36,585 nt of DNA from an uncultured Oligoflexus sp. (lineage in GTDB: Bacteria > Bdellovibrionota_B > Oligoflexia > Oligoflexales > Oligoflexaceae). Location: assembly GCA_964236955.1 (NCBI GenBank), contig CAXSGP010000045.1, positions 1-36,585 on the forward strand, in the 5' to 3' direction. Shown piece by piece: positions 27,701 to 35,332 of the stretch. Every line of letters starts with the position of its first letter. The first letter of the stretch is position 1. Under the pieces are notes generated by a model, which saw nothing but the letters and a program-made list of their open reading frames with translations, did no database searches and was not told the origin of the DNA. The translations under genes were made by a program, and so were the position numbers.

Positions 27701-30700
27701 AGGCGTGAATTCCACTCCAAAACGCGAGATGGCTGCACCAGGAGAAGTTACCGGTCTCGTGACATACGTCAAACGCTGTCTCAATTATGGGAAGGCTTAA
27801 GTGTACAGGTTGGTGCCAGTGGTGAAGGAAAACAGCGTAAAAGAATTTAAAGGATCCGGTATAGGCGCGGCTGTTGAATTTTTCATCCAGCTTCACGGCA
27901 AGATCTCGGAATTCCGAGCTTGCCCTGAGATCACTTCTCTCGACAATCAAAATCCGGGCATAAACAAGGTAGTTCATGCATGATTTTTCGATCGGTCCAT
28001 AAATCAATGAGTAATTGGTAACCCGAACGACCACCAGCGGATTTAATCGCGATTTCGGACGAAGGATCGATACGTTCATCTGAACGTCAGTCAATATATT
28101 ATTGATAACTTTGGCATTTTCATCCGACGCGAAAGGAACGCTGACCAATTCATCGACAGTCCGACCGCCGATATTGCGTTCAATGTCCATCCGCTCCGCT
28201 TCATACAGAACATTCAGATCGGTTTCGGAATCGGGAAAATGGATATCGTAAAGCTGGAGGGCCTCAAAACCGGTTTTTAAGGCATCTTCCAACTTTCCTG
28301 CGAGTTGGTAGAGACGCATGCAAAGAATGTAAATCTTTACCTTATCGGCTTTATTCGATGCATGATTGAGAGCGACGGCAGCAAAGCTCGCCGCGCGGTC
28401 GTAGTCGCCAACGAGAAAGGTGCAATCCAGGAGCTCCAGGTAGAGCTCATGTGTCTCAGCATAGCCTAAGGTCATGGTTTCCAGACTTATGCAATCTGCG
28501 GCAATGGAAAAGTATCCAGCCGCGGCCTGATAAGCCGAGGACATTCGGGCTTTGTTCCCGGCTCGGTAATTGAGGCGACGCAGCAGGGATATTTCGGCGG
28601 GAACAGTAATTCCCTTTTTCCCGCGATTCAGCTGCGCGATGATTCCAAATAGATTCGTCTCGATCTGCTCGTCGCTGAGACTGGCGAGCAGAGCCCTTCC
28701 TATTCTTAAATGTTCCGCTTCCCGCTCCTGCTCGGATAGCAATGCGTAGGCCGCCTGCCAGATATGTTCATGGGAAAATTTGATAAATTCAGGGGTCTGA
28801 ACCACGTATCCCAGGTTCACGGCATCGATCGTTTTTCTGAGCGCATCTTCGAGGGATAGCCCGGTGATCGCGCTCACAAAGGTCAAGCTTACTGTGCTCC
28901 CGAAGCAGGCCAGCTGCTTTAAAACGAGTGTCGTCGCCTCCGGCAGACGATTCATTTTTCCAAGCATGATCACGGCTACATTTTCAGAAAATTCCCTCAG
29001 ACGGACCCGATCAATGTCCCAGAGCCATTCACCCTTCTGACGATCTAAGCTAAGGACATAATCTTCGTATAGACCTTTGAAAAATTGAATGGAAAATAGC
29101 GGTATACCCTCGGTTTTCTGGTAAATGACCTCCGAAAGCTCTCGAGTTCTCTCGCCCTGAAATCCAAGGGTCTCCTGGACCAGCTGATCCAGGTCACCGC
29201 GTAGGAGGGGCTTGAGGGCGATGGACTTGACAAGATTATGAGCCTTTAGCCGCTCCAGCAGCTGATGAAAACCGTGCTCCGAATCTGGCCCTTCACTTCG
29301 ATAAGCGCCTATGAAAAGCAGGGGGGGTCTTTCGCGGGCGGTCAGCAGGAGTTCCAGTAATTGCAGGCTGGCGCTATCGATAAACTGCAAATCGTCGAGG
29401 ATGAGAACCAGGGGATGCTCGGGTTTCGCGAATACCCTCAGAAATTGAAAAAAGGCCGTCTGGAAGCGGACTTTTGCCTCTTTGACAGGCAACGTGGGCA
29501 GCGGTTCCTGTTTCCCTAACACGAGTCCTAAGTCTGGAATCAAATCAATAATAAGCTGCGCGTTGGGAATTAATGCTGTGTTTAGCTGGTCCCGCCAGTA
29601 GCTCAATTCCGTGCCGCTCTTATATAGCAAATGCTGGAAAAAACCCTGAAACGCCAAGGCTATAAGGGCATTCGGACTGTCGCGATGGAAGGGATCGAAT
29701 TTTCCGGAAGCGACGATGGCGCCAGACTCTGTCGCATATTTTTGGAATTCACCCACCAACGCTGATTTACCAGTCCCAGCGGCTCCTGAGACGATAAAGC
29801 TATCCGATGTGTTTGCGTTTTTGAGATTGAGTATCGCTGCCTGTAATTGAGCGCTTTCGTCAGCGCGTCCGAAAAGTTGATCGGGAATGGGCAAAGTCTT
29901 GAATCGATCGAAAGTTCCGAGATCGAAGGCTTCTACTTTTCCTGAACTTTTCCATTGTTCGAGACAGACGCGCAGATCCCCTTCCAGGCCTGAAGCTGAC
30001 TGATAACGTTCTTCAGGCGATTTTTGCAGGAGTTTATAGACAATGGCCGCGAGAGGATCGGGAATGTGGGCTCCCTGTTCCGTGATGGGGCGCGGCGTTC
30101 GCGCAACGTGGCAATGGATCCATTCCATCGGGTCCGAGGCCGTAAAGGGCAAGATACCTGTTAACATTTCATAGAAGCTTATGCCCAGGGAGTAGAGATC
30201 GCTTCGAAAATCGACGGAGCGATTCATCCGTCCTGTTTGCTCAGGCGCCATGTAGCCAAAGGTTCCCGTCAGCTCTTCGGAGTTTGCCTCGCTTCGCGTT
30301 TCAATATCCGAATGGGAGGCAATGCCAAAACCAAAACCCGTGAACCATGCTCGGTTGGACTTGGCATCAAAGAGAATATTTGCTGGTTTGATATCGCGAT
30401 GAATAATATGAGCCGCGTGAATCTTGCTTAGCTCTTGGGCCAGCTCTATGGACAACCGCAAGAAAGCTAAGGGGTCCATAGGTCGACCCATCATGCGATT
30501 CAAGGGCTCGCCTCCCGGATCCTGCAAAACTAGAAAGGTTTGGCCATTGACGCATACAAGGCGGAGCGGCTGGGCCGCGAAATCGGGTTTCAGCTGCTCC
30601 CGGTGGCCATATTCATTTTCAAGTTTCGCAATACCTAATGGGGTGGGTCGATCCGAGGAAAAGGCAAGAACAAGCAAGGGTCGGGTACGATCCGTGTTCT

Positions 30701-30776
30701 CAAAAGCTCTGTATAGGATCAGGTCTCCATCCACGTGGAGCTCTTCGCTGAATGTGTACCCTTGAATGCCTGCCAT
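24774..30776 (-). CDS. Hybrid sensor: Ser/Thr kinase-like domain, AAA ATPase, helical region, GAF, PAS-like, HPt, CheA-type HATPase
   Basis: HRDIKPANI and YMAPEQTGRMNRSVDFRSDLYSLG; Walker A GAAGTGKS; Walker B LILDDLQ; GAF segment GVLYLEN...AF; FRHLHTIKGNS; NCMDHGIE, DDGRGL, SGRGVGMD. Probable start at ATG 30776; the ORF is open to 31052. Confidence 0.9.
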   Translation of the reverse strand: MAGIQGYTFSEELHVDGDLILYRAFENTDRTRPLLVLAFSSDRPTPLGIAKLENEYGHREQLKPDFAAQPLRLVCVNGQTFLVLQDPGGEPLNRMMGRPMDPLAFLRLSIELAQELSKIHAAHIIHRDIKPANILFDAKSNRAWFTGFGFGIASHSDIETRSEANSEELTGTFGYMAPEQTGRMNRSVDFRSDLYSLGISFYEMLTGILPFTASDPMEWIHCHVARTPRPITEQGAHIPDPLAAIVYKLLQKSPEERYQSASGLEGDLRVCLEQWKSSGKVEAFDLGTFDRFKTLPIPDQLFGRADESAQLQAAILNLKNANTSDSFIVSGAAGTGKSALVGEFQKYATESGAIVASGKFDPFHRDSPNALIALAFQGFFQHLLYKSGTELSYWRDQLNTALIPNAQLIIDLIPDLGLVLGKQEPLPTLPVKEAKVRFQTAFFQFLRVFAKPEHPLVLILDDLQFIDSASLQLLELLLTARERPPLLFIGAYRSEGPDSEHGFHQLLERLKAHNLVKSIALKPLLRGDLDQLVQETLGFQGERTRELSEVIYQKTEGIPLFSIQFFKGLYEDYVLSLDRQKGEWLWDIDRVRLREFSENVAVIMLGKMNRLPEATTLVLKQLACFGSTVSLTFVSAITGLSLEDALRKTIDAVNLGYVVQTPEFIKFSHEHIWQAAYALLSEQEREAEHLRIGRALLASLSDEQIETNLFGIIAQLNRGKKGITVPAEISLLRRLNYRAGNKARMSSAYQAAAGYFSIAADCISLETMTLGYAETHELYLELLDCTFLVGDYDRAASFAAVALNHASNKADKVKIYILCMRLYQLAGKLEDALKTGFEALQLYDIHFPDSETDLNVLYEAERMDIERNIGGRTVDELVSVPFASDENAKVINNILTDVQMNVSILRPKSRLNPLVVVRVTNYSLIYGPIEKSCMNYLVYARILIVERSDLRASSEFRDLAVKLDEKFNSRAYTGSFKFFYAVFLHHWHQPVHLSLPIIETAFDVCHETGNFSWCSHLAFWSGIHAYMKGSSLEECLQFSERYLVFIKGIRNEPIYNGIRLYRQVVLSLRDPEPNPSSPDNEMSEVDRLALIKRMNFVPAIGAYNIFKQQVAFLFGHYEEAKEFGLAGVQMMAPGTLMVTSFFFYHALTLIALQRKSGNKSLQQTLEALNGPLQKLQLMAEGCPENYHNRLTLLNAEIAALEGRVPDAIRAYDEAIHSAHKNGFLQNEALATELAAQFYLTNGFEFIGYSYLAESRACYLRWGANAKAKQLEHIYPRLIPFIRRNKQYDSEASGADIDVMTVIMASQAISKEMDLNKVIDRLMTIVIENAGAVRGLLILSEGETFKIVAEATTGQHIEVKLRETPLTSTELPESIFHYVTRSKEKILIDDALASTSFVFDDYIQKKQAKSVLFLPMIKHGHLVGVLYLENHLIPGAFTADRMIVLEMLCSQAAISVENARLYQEVTGHKEHLEELVKQRTLALNQKTSDLDAMLQNMDLGVCTVITGNRIHHEYSDFMCTIFESSDFAGKGILDTIFKNSTLGVDKVDQVTSALDMIIGEDSLSFETNSHLLTREMVFVAEDGEHKTIQMNWNEIKNDAGIVEKVLFTAQDVSKLRALESESAKQKEELEIISRIINLSPERFDGFISSAQRHLSEIRNLIVHASCYESELVAGLFRHLHTIKGNSRALDFTMITDAAHTAEQVYAQLRKNTEAEWNVAQQLQNLELVEHALIRYVEINESKLSGRGKERTNVPAGSLIIEKQMITSLLRKVEGLAESQPSPELSHLRDELKIISYVSFQELVCETLDTLASLVNDLHKPMPRIANVDEALYFDSKLSEALNLSFMHIARNCMDHGIEMPEDRLRLGKPERGTIAFEYRRRGPVFELLISDDGRGLALHKLYEKGVLNGLLPALNNTPRETVAALIFHSGLSTAEVVTQTSGRGVGMDAVRVFLKEQGSDIRIELDPMTQGLSFTPFKFVISLPAALILEDQDKKVSQLSA

Positions 30777-31135
30777 ACTGAATTTCCCCGAATCAAACGA
30801 ATGGTAAAATTTGATCACAATGGACTGCTCACGACCCCTCGGAAAAGCCCTTCTCGAGAACTGGCTGTATAAGGAAACCATCAATGTTCGGCTGTTGCCG
30901 CTCAAAATCTTCGAGTAGTCCGAATCTGGATTGCCTTGTACTAAAACTTTATCATGAACAGCTGGCGCTGTCCCCAAAGACAAAAGGGAATAGTCTACGC
31001 TAGCAGTATTTTTTGCAATTGAGATCGAGTCGGTGAAAAATTTGAGGAACACTTAGAGGCTCTGAAGTTCGGGTCATTCCAAAAAAGTATGGACAAGGGA
31101 AGGGTTGTGCCTGGTTTTCAGGAAGGGTTTCATCT

Positions 31136-31199
31136 CATCGGGCCATCGGGCCATCGGGCCATCGGGCCATCGGGCCATCGGGCCATCGGGACATCGGGA
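31136..31199. repeat. 8-bp tandem repeat (CATCGGGC)x6 followed by (CATCGGGA)x2
   Basis: Read directly from the sequence; intergenic, no spacers. Confidence 0.95.
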
Positions 31200-31241
31200 G
31201 CGGAGTGCAGGCCTATTGCCTTCGAAGGAGGAGCTTTGCGG

Positions 31242-31276
31242 GTTGGGTAGGGAGGTCTTTCACCTCCCTGCCCGAC
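31242..31276. terminator. 15-bp hairpin downstream of the 7TM-DISM kinase gene (terminator-like or stability element)
   Basis: GTTGGGTAGGGAGGT-ctttc-ACCTCCCTGCCCGAC. Two G-U pairs on the + strand; no convincing U-tract on either side. Confidence 0.45.
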
Positions 31277-31339
31277 GATGCGACCTAGGGGATCATCTGC
31301 TAGTTTTTACCCATTTTTTTCTCATCAACACATTCGCAA

Positions 31340-34075
31340 TCATGCCGCCAAACTAAGGTTTTCCGCCTGCAGGCAGCTGATAGGCAAGGTAATCACGAAT
31401 TTGAAGGGACGGCGTCCGGACTCCGTTTTTAAGCCTGTGAAGGCGATCGAAATGCTGCCGTGCGCCTCGAGGATATAGTTCTTCACAATATCCATGCCCA
31501 TGCCTCGACCCGAGATTTGAGTGAGCGTTGCGGCTGTCGAGACTCCCGGTATAAAAATTTCATTACCGATTTGATCGTCACTCTTCGGACCCGGTTGCAC
31601 GCTACGGGATGCAAGAGCGGCCAGGTTGAGTCCGGCCCCATCGTCCGACACTACGATTACTATTTCATGAGCCGTTACTGAACTTTCTATGATAATTTTA
31701 CCTCTTGGGTCTTTACCCAATTTTTTGCGCTCTTCGGGCAATTCGATGCCGTGATCCAAAGAATTACCCAGAATCTGAGTGAAGAGGCTGATCGACATCG
31801 AATCCATCTCGTTCTTCAAGCGAAGGGGGACGCCCTCGTAGGCGATGTATGGCATCGGCTTCAAAAGCTGTTCAGCGGTCTTGTTGAGGTTTCGTACGGT
31901 CGGCGCCAGAACCTCTTCAAGGGTGGGAAAGAAGCGTTCCAGTCGTTTCTGTCTGGCCAATCTCAGGAATCGACGCTCGATCTCAAGTTCGTCCTTAAGC
32001 TCTTTGTAAAGACCATTCAGATTATCGAGCAGATCATCCTGGCTAGCATTGCGATTCGAACCGAGACGGTTTGAAACGATCTCAATGTAGTCCTCTTGAA
32101 CAGCTTGCAGACGAAGCATACCGTCCATAAGTCGTTTGGCGTCGGGTTTGGGATTTTGGTCCGACTTCAACTCGGCGAGATAATTTTCCAGTTCATGGGC
32201 TACTTCGGCGATGTACACCAATCCATAGGTACGGGCATTGCCCTTGATCGTGTGAATCCTGCGGAAAATAGGCCGGATATCAATTGTCGAACTATGTTCA
32301 AAATTTTCAATCTCGATTCTGCTCTGATCGATGAGTTTTACTGTGTCTTTGGAGAACCTTTCGAAGTTGGCGGGCGAGATTGCCAAGACCTGTCCGACAA
32401 TTTGAAGGTCTCTCTGTGTCTTCTCTGTTTTTAACTGCATGGCGCGCAGCGTGCTGACATCTCTAAGGACGACCATCATCTTCTCGCATACGTCGTCACC
32501 GCTGAATAAGGGTATCCAATCGATCTCGAGGGTTTGCAGACCTTTGCTGTTCTGACGCTTGATTTCCCTTGGCAGAAGGTGGCTATTGGCCCCAAAGGAT
32601 AAGTCGTCGCCGCCGATCGAAATCAGGACGGTTTCCTTCATCTGATCTTTCTTATCCTGAGAAAGGTCGGTTTCTCTAAATAGAATTTCGAAGGGGTCCT
32701 CGTTTGCGATCTTGTCGGTATCCAGGATCTTCTTCAGGTAATCGGAGAATTCAGGGCTAATTTTGCCTTCGGGATTGATTGAAAAAATCCCTTGATCAAG
32801 ACTTCTCAGCATGTTGGAAAGATCGCGGTCGAGTTCGACGTTGCGTTGGTTGAGGATGGTGTTCGACGCCTTCATGGCTGTCATATACTTATCGCCAAGG
32901 CCTAAGGACATGAGCAGGGCTTCCATGGATCCACCCAGCTGCACGGCCATCGAGGTGATGATATTGGCTGGTAAGACCCCATGAAGGGAAAGAACCGTGA
33001 TCATGACGCCTGCGAAATAAGCAGTCGCGGCTAGGAGATAAAAGTAAGCGGGGCGATAGCGTTTGAAACATAGGTAAATGGCCATGGACTGCGTCCAAAC
33101 AAAGGACAGCGAACCCAGCATGTTGACCAATGCGAGGGGTGTGACGGACCGGTTGACCCAGGGGAGTATGCCCGCAAAAAGTACCAAACCCACGGTAAGA
33201 TAGAAGCTCCAGGTCAGGAATTTTTTGTTGATGAACTGATCGAGCGAAAGAAAGCGCCTCGTCGCCAAAATCCAAAAGGTCAAACCCAATGAAATAAACA
33301 GTGCCATGAATCGCTCGCCCTCCAGGGTTGATTCCGGGAGTATGTATTTGAGCAGGAGATTATGGTCAATGGCGCAGACAGAGAGGCTGAAGAAGCATCG
33401 AAGCGAGTAGTATAGGTAGGCCTTGTCCTGCGTGCGTGAAAAGAGAAAAATGTTATAGATCGCCAAGGCTAACACGATGGACCAGGCGACGAGTATTCCG
33501 GCTTCGTAAAACTGATTTGCCTTGTTTATAACAGTCTTGGATCCGACGATCATTTCGAAGCGGCTGCCTTCACTTTGCACTATAAAACTGGATTTTCCAG
33601 GCGGCAGGCGCAGTTCGACCGTTGGGGCCAGGTAGGGAATTTCGCGTTCGCCGAAAGGTGATCCCCAGCCCAGAACGAATTTTTGCCCATCTGCATCCCT
33701 GTCTCCTGGCAGGAACAGCATTTTAATAAACGTACCACGGTCGAACTGAGTATGGACAATAACTTCGCTGCTCGATGGATTGTCGAAGCTCCCGCGGAAC
33801 CAATACTTACCCTTAAGGTTGAGAAGAGTTTTCTTGTCGGCCTTTTGGAAGTCCTTATCGAATTCTCCCGCACGGATAGGATCGAAGTCCATTTGAGTCT
33901 TCGAGCCGGCCACCCATTCAAGATTAAGTGTGACGTTAGTCCGATCCAAGGTTTTCGCTACGGAAATGGGTACGGGTTCCGCGAAGGCTTGACCGGAGAG
34001 AAAGGCGTAAAAAGTTAATAGTAAAGCGAACAGGGGAACCTTGAGCGTATTGAATGTGTGCCATCTTTTCATCAA
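31340..34075 (-). CDS. 7TM-DISM receptor fused to PAS-like, HPt and CheA-type HATPase domains
   Basis: Signal peptide; DISMED2-like ectodomain (YWFR, PFGERE); 7TM-DISM segments (LAIYNIFLF...DKAYLYYS, EALLMSLGLGDK); FRRIHTIKGNA; NSLDHGIE, DDGAGL, SGRGMGMD. Start is TTG 34075 or ATG 34072, after GGAGA. Confidence 0.9.
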   Translation of the reverse strand: MMKRWHTFNTLKVPLFALLLTFYAFLSGQAFAEPVPISVAKTLDRTNVTLNLEWVAGSKTQMDFDPIRAGEFDKDFQKADKKTLLNLKGKYWFRGSFDNPSSSEVIVHTQFDRGTFIKMLFLPGDRDADGQKFVLGWGSPFGEREIPYLAPTVELRLPPGKSSFIVQSEGSRFEMIVGSKTVINKANQFYEAGILVAWSIVLALAIYNIFLFSRTQDKAYLYYSLRCFFSLSVCAIDHNLLLKYILPESTLEGERFMALFISLGLTFWILATRRFLSLDQFINKKFLTWSFYLTVGLVLFAGILPWVNRSVTPLALVNMLGSLSFVWTQSMAIYLCFKRYRPAYFYLLAATAYFAGVMITVLSLHGVLPANIITSMAVQLGGSMEALLMSLGLGDKYMTAMKASNTILNQRNVELDRDLSNMLRSLDQGIFSINPEGKISPEFSDYLKKILDTDKIANEDPFEILFRETDLSQDKKDQMKETVLISIGGDDLSFGANSHLLPREIKRQNSKGLQTLEIDWIPLFSGDDVCEKMMVVLRDVSTLRAMQLKTEKTQRDLQIVGQVLAISPANFERFSKDTVKLIDQSRIEIENFEHSSTIDIRPIFRRIHTIKGNARTYGLVYIAEVAHELENYLAELKSDQNPKPDAKRLMDGMLRLQAVQEDYIEIVSNRLGSNRNASQDDLLDNLNGLYKELKDELEIERRFLRLARQKRLERFFPTLEEVLAPTVRNLNKTAEQLLKPMPYIAYEGVPLRLKNEMDSMSISLFTQILGNSLDHGIELPEERKKLGKDPRGKIIIESSVTAHEIVIVVSDDGAGLNLAALASRSVQPGPKSDDQIGNEIFIPGVSTAATLTQISGRGMGMDIVKNYILEAHGSISIAFTGLKTESGRRPFKFVITLPISCLQAENLSLAA

Positions 34076-34480
34076 AGCGTTTCTCCGTTAAAGCCCAGGC
34101 TACTAGGCCGATGTCCAACGAAGGGTGTTTCGGCTTAAAATGCCTAATCATGAGCGGGTACCGGAGAAGAGTGCTTGAATCGGGCCAAAAATTTTCTAAA
34201 AACCAGAGCGAAAATATAAGCTTAGTATCAAGCGAACGACGCGATGAAGGCGGCAAACGTATGTGCGAATTTCCCAGTTTCCTTCCTATCCCGAGACAAT
34301 TGCCTGCCAGCCTCACCGCTTTCAACCTAGCTAATTGATTTCGCTTTTTGACGTATTGCCAGCTACAGCCTGACTCCGACTCGGATCATTGCAATACTAC
34401 CGACAATTGACAATTCGAGGCTACCCATCCATGGCGCGGCCATCATGAAAGTGAAAATTTCAACTTGCCGGGGCTTGCCT

Positions 34481-35332
34481 TCAGCAACCTCTTGCACGAT
34501 AGGGTAGTATGAGTTCAAACATACCGCGATTGATCTGGGCGGGGACCGACTGCAGGAAGTTCATATGGTGCTGAAGCATATCAAGCGATTCCGGGGATTG
34601 CAGAATGCTTTTTAGCGAAACTTTAAGTCCGTCGATTGTGCCTTGATTCCATTTCTCGCTCGGAAGGAGGTAAACGCGATTGTTGTGAACAGTGATCATC
34701 TGGAAGTAAATCAGAACGTCTTTGTTTTGTTTGGAAGCCCCTAATTTCTTCCAATCCTTAGAAAATAGAACCTTCTTACTCGCGCATTCATTAGTCTGAG
34801 CCGTATCAAGGCACAGGTAGACTCCGTAGTCTCTGGAGTTGGCGTCACGGGGTAGGATTGCGTCGAAAGATTTTCCGGCAAATATCTCAAACGCACTGAT
34901 TCGGTTCCCAGGCTGATGGGTCTTGCTTCCCGTCAAAGGTTCGACGGAAAGCAGGAATTGCTGAACGCCCATTTTCCCAGCAAGGTTCTTGATCGAATCA
35001 AAGTCCCCCGTAGAGCACCAAATCGGTTTGGCTTTCGGCCGTAATTTAAATTTTAGGTTGGAGGAATCGTTGGTTGTGGGGACCTCCACAAGGCCAGTCA
35101 TCATCATTCGATTGTATTTTTTCCGTGATTCCGTGGATCCTGATTTTTGACCAATGTCAGAATCGGTAAGCAATTGAGTTTGGGTTGAAGGGGGTTTAGC
35201 CGAAATGCTTGTGGTTACCTTCGGCATGACGGCGGAAGGCGATTTTTTGTTAGCCCGTCTGGTAAGGAGGAAGGCAATGGCAAGGATTGCACAGCCCCCG
35301 ATTATAAATTTTGTTTTATCTGAACTATTCAT
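34481..35332 (-). CDS. Hypothetical protein with N-terminal membrane anchor, coupled to the Hint-domain gene
   Basis: Hydrophobic N-terminal helix, low-complexity linker, then a globular domain with four Cys including the C-terminal residue. Overlaps the upstream gene by 8 nt. Confidence 0.75.
   Translation of the reverse strand: MNSSDKTKFIIGGCAILAIAFLLTRRANKKSPSAVMPKVTTSISAKPPSTQTQLLTDSDIGQKSGSTESRKKYNRMMMTGLVEVPTTNDSSNLKFKLRPKAKPIWCSTGDFDSIKNLAGKMGVQQFLLSVEPLTGSKTHQPGNRISAFEIFAGKSFDAILPRDANSRDYGVYLCLDTAQTNECASKKVLFSKDWKKLGASKQNKDVLIYFQMITVHNNRVYLLPSEKWNQGTIDGLKVSLKSILQSPESLDMLQHHMNFLQSVPAQINRGMFELILPYRARGC

Noticed and set aside
30777..31052. 92-aa N-terminal extension of the hybrid kinase
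   Set aside because: The kinase-like domain starts at MAGIQGY (ATG 30776, with a purine-rich RBS). The extension has no domain-like character and is probably an open leader.
31136..31199. Repeat as a CRISPR array
   Set aside because: The units are 8 bp, contiguous and spacer-free, and no cas genes are present.
31105..31356. 83-aa ORF with SGHRAIGP repeats
   Set aside because: The periodicity is just the translation of the 8-bp DNA repeat; TTG start and no other coding signal.
24774..34075. Naming the two kinases cheA
   Set aside because: No CheW/P5 domain, fused sensor inputs and no che operon context, so orthology to chemotaxis CheA is unsupported.
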